Shown here: in pieces, positions 62,871 through 64,000 of the stretch
Layout: each line of letters begins with the position of its first letter
Position numbering within the stretch: position 1 is the first letter of the stretch
IMG/VR virus record: IMGVR_UViG_3300032221_000294
Coordinates: 35,521-99,520 of that record
Source of the DNA: a virus
Taxonomy: Duplodnaviria > Caudoviricetes
Direction: 5' to 3' (one strand)
Length of the DNA: 64,000 bases
Notes under the pieces: generated by a model
Told to the model about the DNA's origin: nothing
Database searches by the model: none
The model's input: only the letters and a program-made list of their open reading frames with translations
Translations under genes and position numbers: made by a program

Positions 62871-63328
62871 CAGAAGCAGGTGCGAAAGTAGTGGTCACCG
62901 TAACGGTCGACGTCGTGGTCCAGGAGGTACTCCGCAGTCGATTCCCAATCTACTACGATCATGTAATACAAGCGATCTACTTCGTGCTCAAGAAAATCTT
63001 CAGCCATTCGTGCCGGCGAGGAGTATTCGCCAATGTATGCGGTGGCGAACTTGTCAAGGTCACTTAAGTCCGCAACGTCGTTAATGAAGTAGTCGACCGC
63101 TTCATAGCCGTTGTCTTCGCCAATTTCTACGTATTCTGCGTAGTACTCGAGAAAGTCTTCTTCGTAGTACTTGTCGATAAACTCCAGGATTGAGCCAAGG
63201 TTGTAGACCTCGTTCTCCAGGAGTCGGTCAATTTCAAGAAGAGTCTCTGGGGCGAAGATTTCGCGGTAGTTTGAAGTGAGAGTGACAGTCAATGTTGTTT
63301 CAGAAAGTGGTTTACAGGTAACAGGCAA
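62870..63328 (-). CDS. ArdA-like acidic antirestriction (DNA mimic) protein
   Basis: Very acidic; AYIGEYSS...AEDF...VDWE..A...D...G.HYFR; start uncertain. Confidence 0.6.
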   Translation of the reverse strand: MPVTCKPLSETTLTVTLTSNYREIFAPETLLEIDRLLENEVYNLGSILEFIDKYYEEDFLEYYAEYVEIGEDNGYEAVDYFINDVADLSDLDKFATAYIGEYSSPARMAEDFLEHEVDRLYYMIVVDWESTAEYLLDHDVDRYGDHYFRTCF

Positions 63329-63502
63329 TTAGTTGCCGTTGAGGAAATCGTATATGGCTTCCTGATATTGCTCGTAGGTATCGTAACGATCCCGCAAGTT
63401 GGCGGGAACACGCTTGTCAGCGACAGCGGGAGCCCGACGGATTTCGGCCAGGGTGTAGCCCTTCTGGACCAGGTATTCTTCGTAGCAGTTAAGGTTCTTC
63501 AT
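63329..63502 (-). CDS. Small early protein
   Basis: MKNLNCYEEYL...; CATAAT box 6 nt before ATG, suggesting a leaderless transcript. Confidence 0.55.
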   Translation of the reverse strand: MKNLNCYEEYLVQKGYTLAEIRRAPAVADKRVPANLRDRYDTYEQYQEAIYDFLNGN

Positions 63503-63573
63503 GACTTTATTATGGCTCATTTTGTCGGAAAAGTAAGGGGGGTAACCCGCCCTTCGAGGTACGGGAAACCGCC

Positions 63574-63966
63574 CTATTCCCCGAGGATCTGACCTTCCAG
63601 CTCGGCGGCGATGGCGAGGAGTTCTGCGCGAATCCCTACGCACAAATCGATGCAGCAGTCCCAGCCGCACGGGTCGGGTGGCACCACCTGATCAGCAGCG
63701 GCGCGAATGGCGGCGGCGATTGAAAGGGGAATGTCTTGATAATGGTGATAAGTAAAAGAGGCATTCATCACCGCCTGAGCGGCGGGGGATAGTTCAGCCA
63801 CGGTCGTAGTCCTCCTGGTTAATAGTGTTGTTTGGGGTGTGCCCCAGCAGGCAAGGACGGCGCGAAATACCAAAGCAATGTCTGATACCTTGGCTGATCT
63901 AGGGTTGCCAGGGTTGCCAGCGGTAAGCAAGTAACCTTGATGTTGGTAAAGAATTCCGTGACTCAT
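63574..63966 (-). CDS. Hypothetical protein (true start may be internal)
   Basis: LSPAAQAVM.A...IAAAIRAAADQVVP...IRAELLAIAAELE motif, recalled from cyanophage early genes. Confidence 0.5.
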   Translation of the reverse strand: MSHGILYQHQGYLLTAGNPGNPRSAKVSDIALVFRAVLACWGTPQTTLLTRRTTTVAELSPAAQAVMNASFTYHHYQDIPLSIAAAIRAAADQVVPPDPCGWDCCIDLCVGIRAELLAIAAELEGQILGE

Positions 63967-64000
63967 CAGGATTTTGCGAACATCCTCATCCGTCAGCTCA

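Noticed and set aside
1-64000. Stop-codon reassignment, tRNA genes, integrase
   Set aside because: Long genes are intact in code 11 and use all three stops; no tRNA T-arm signature or recombinase was noticed by eye (tRNAscan not run)

Overview
A 64-kb segment of a large lytic myovirus genome, almost entirely minus-strand. It is most likely a cyanophage (inference from PhoH, a DesC-like desaturase, a 2OG-Fe(II) oxygenase, cyanophage-type fibres and a mitochondrial-type DNA polymerase gamma like those reported in A-HIS1/2 and S-CBWM1). In transcription order (right to left) it carries: small early genes and an ArdA-like protein; a type IIA topoisomerase A subunit; Pol gamma; a tail chaperone with a -1 frameshift; a giant tail sheath; a Mu-like head module (DUF935 portal, protease-scaffold, MuF-like protein, cement protein, major capsid); tail tube; an HNH homing endonuclease; baseplate proteins; a 24-aa-repeat solenoid; terminase; a divergent desaturase cassette; PhoH; a ~10-kb cluster of small and medium genes; and tail fibres with chaperones. 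An 8-mer GGGTAAAA (21 exact copies seen) lies just upstream of late genes and is a probable phage late promoter. The most novel signal is the 11.9-21.7 kb cluster. Its proteins share [FY]-[SA]-[ED] motifs also repeated in the head scaffold, followed by short Cys-rich modules and unrelated C-terminal cargo (a Ser/Thr kinase with a coupled 53-aa partner, an HNH nuclease, basic domains). This looks like a capsid-packaged, protease-matured polymorphic effector system. All family assignments come from motif recognition, not database searches.
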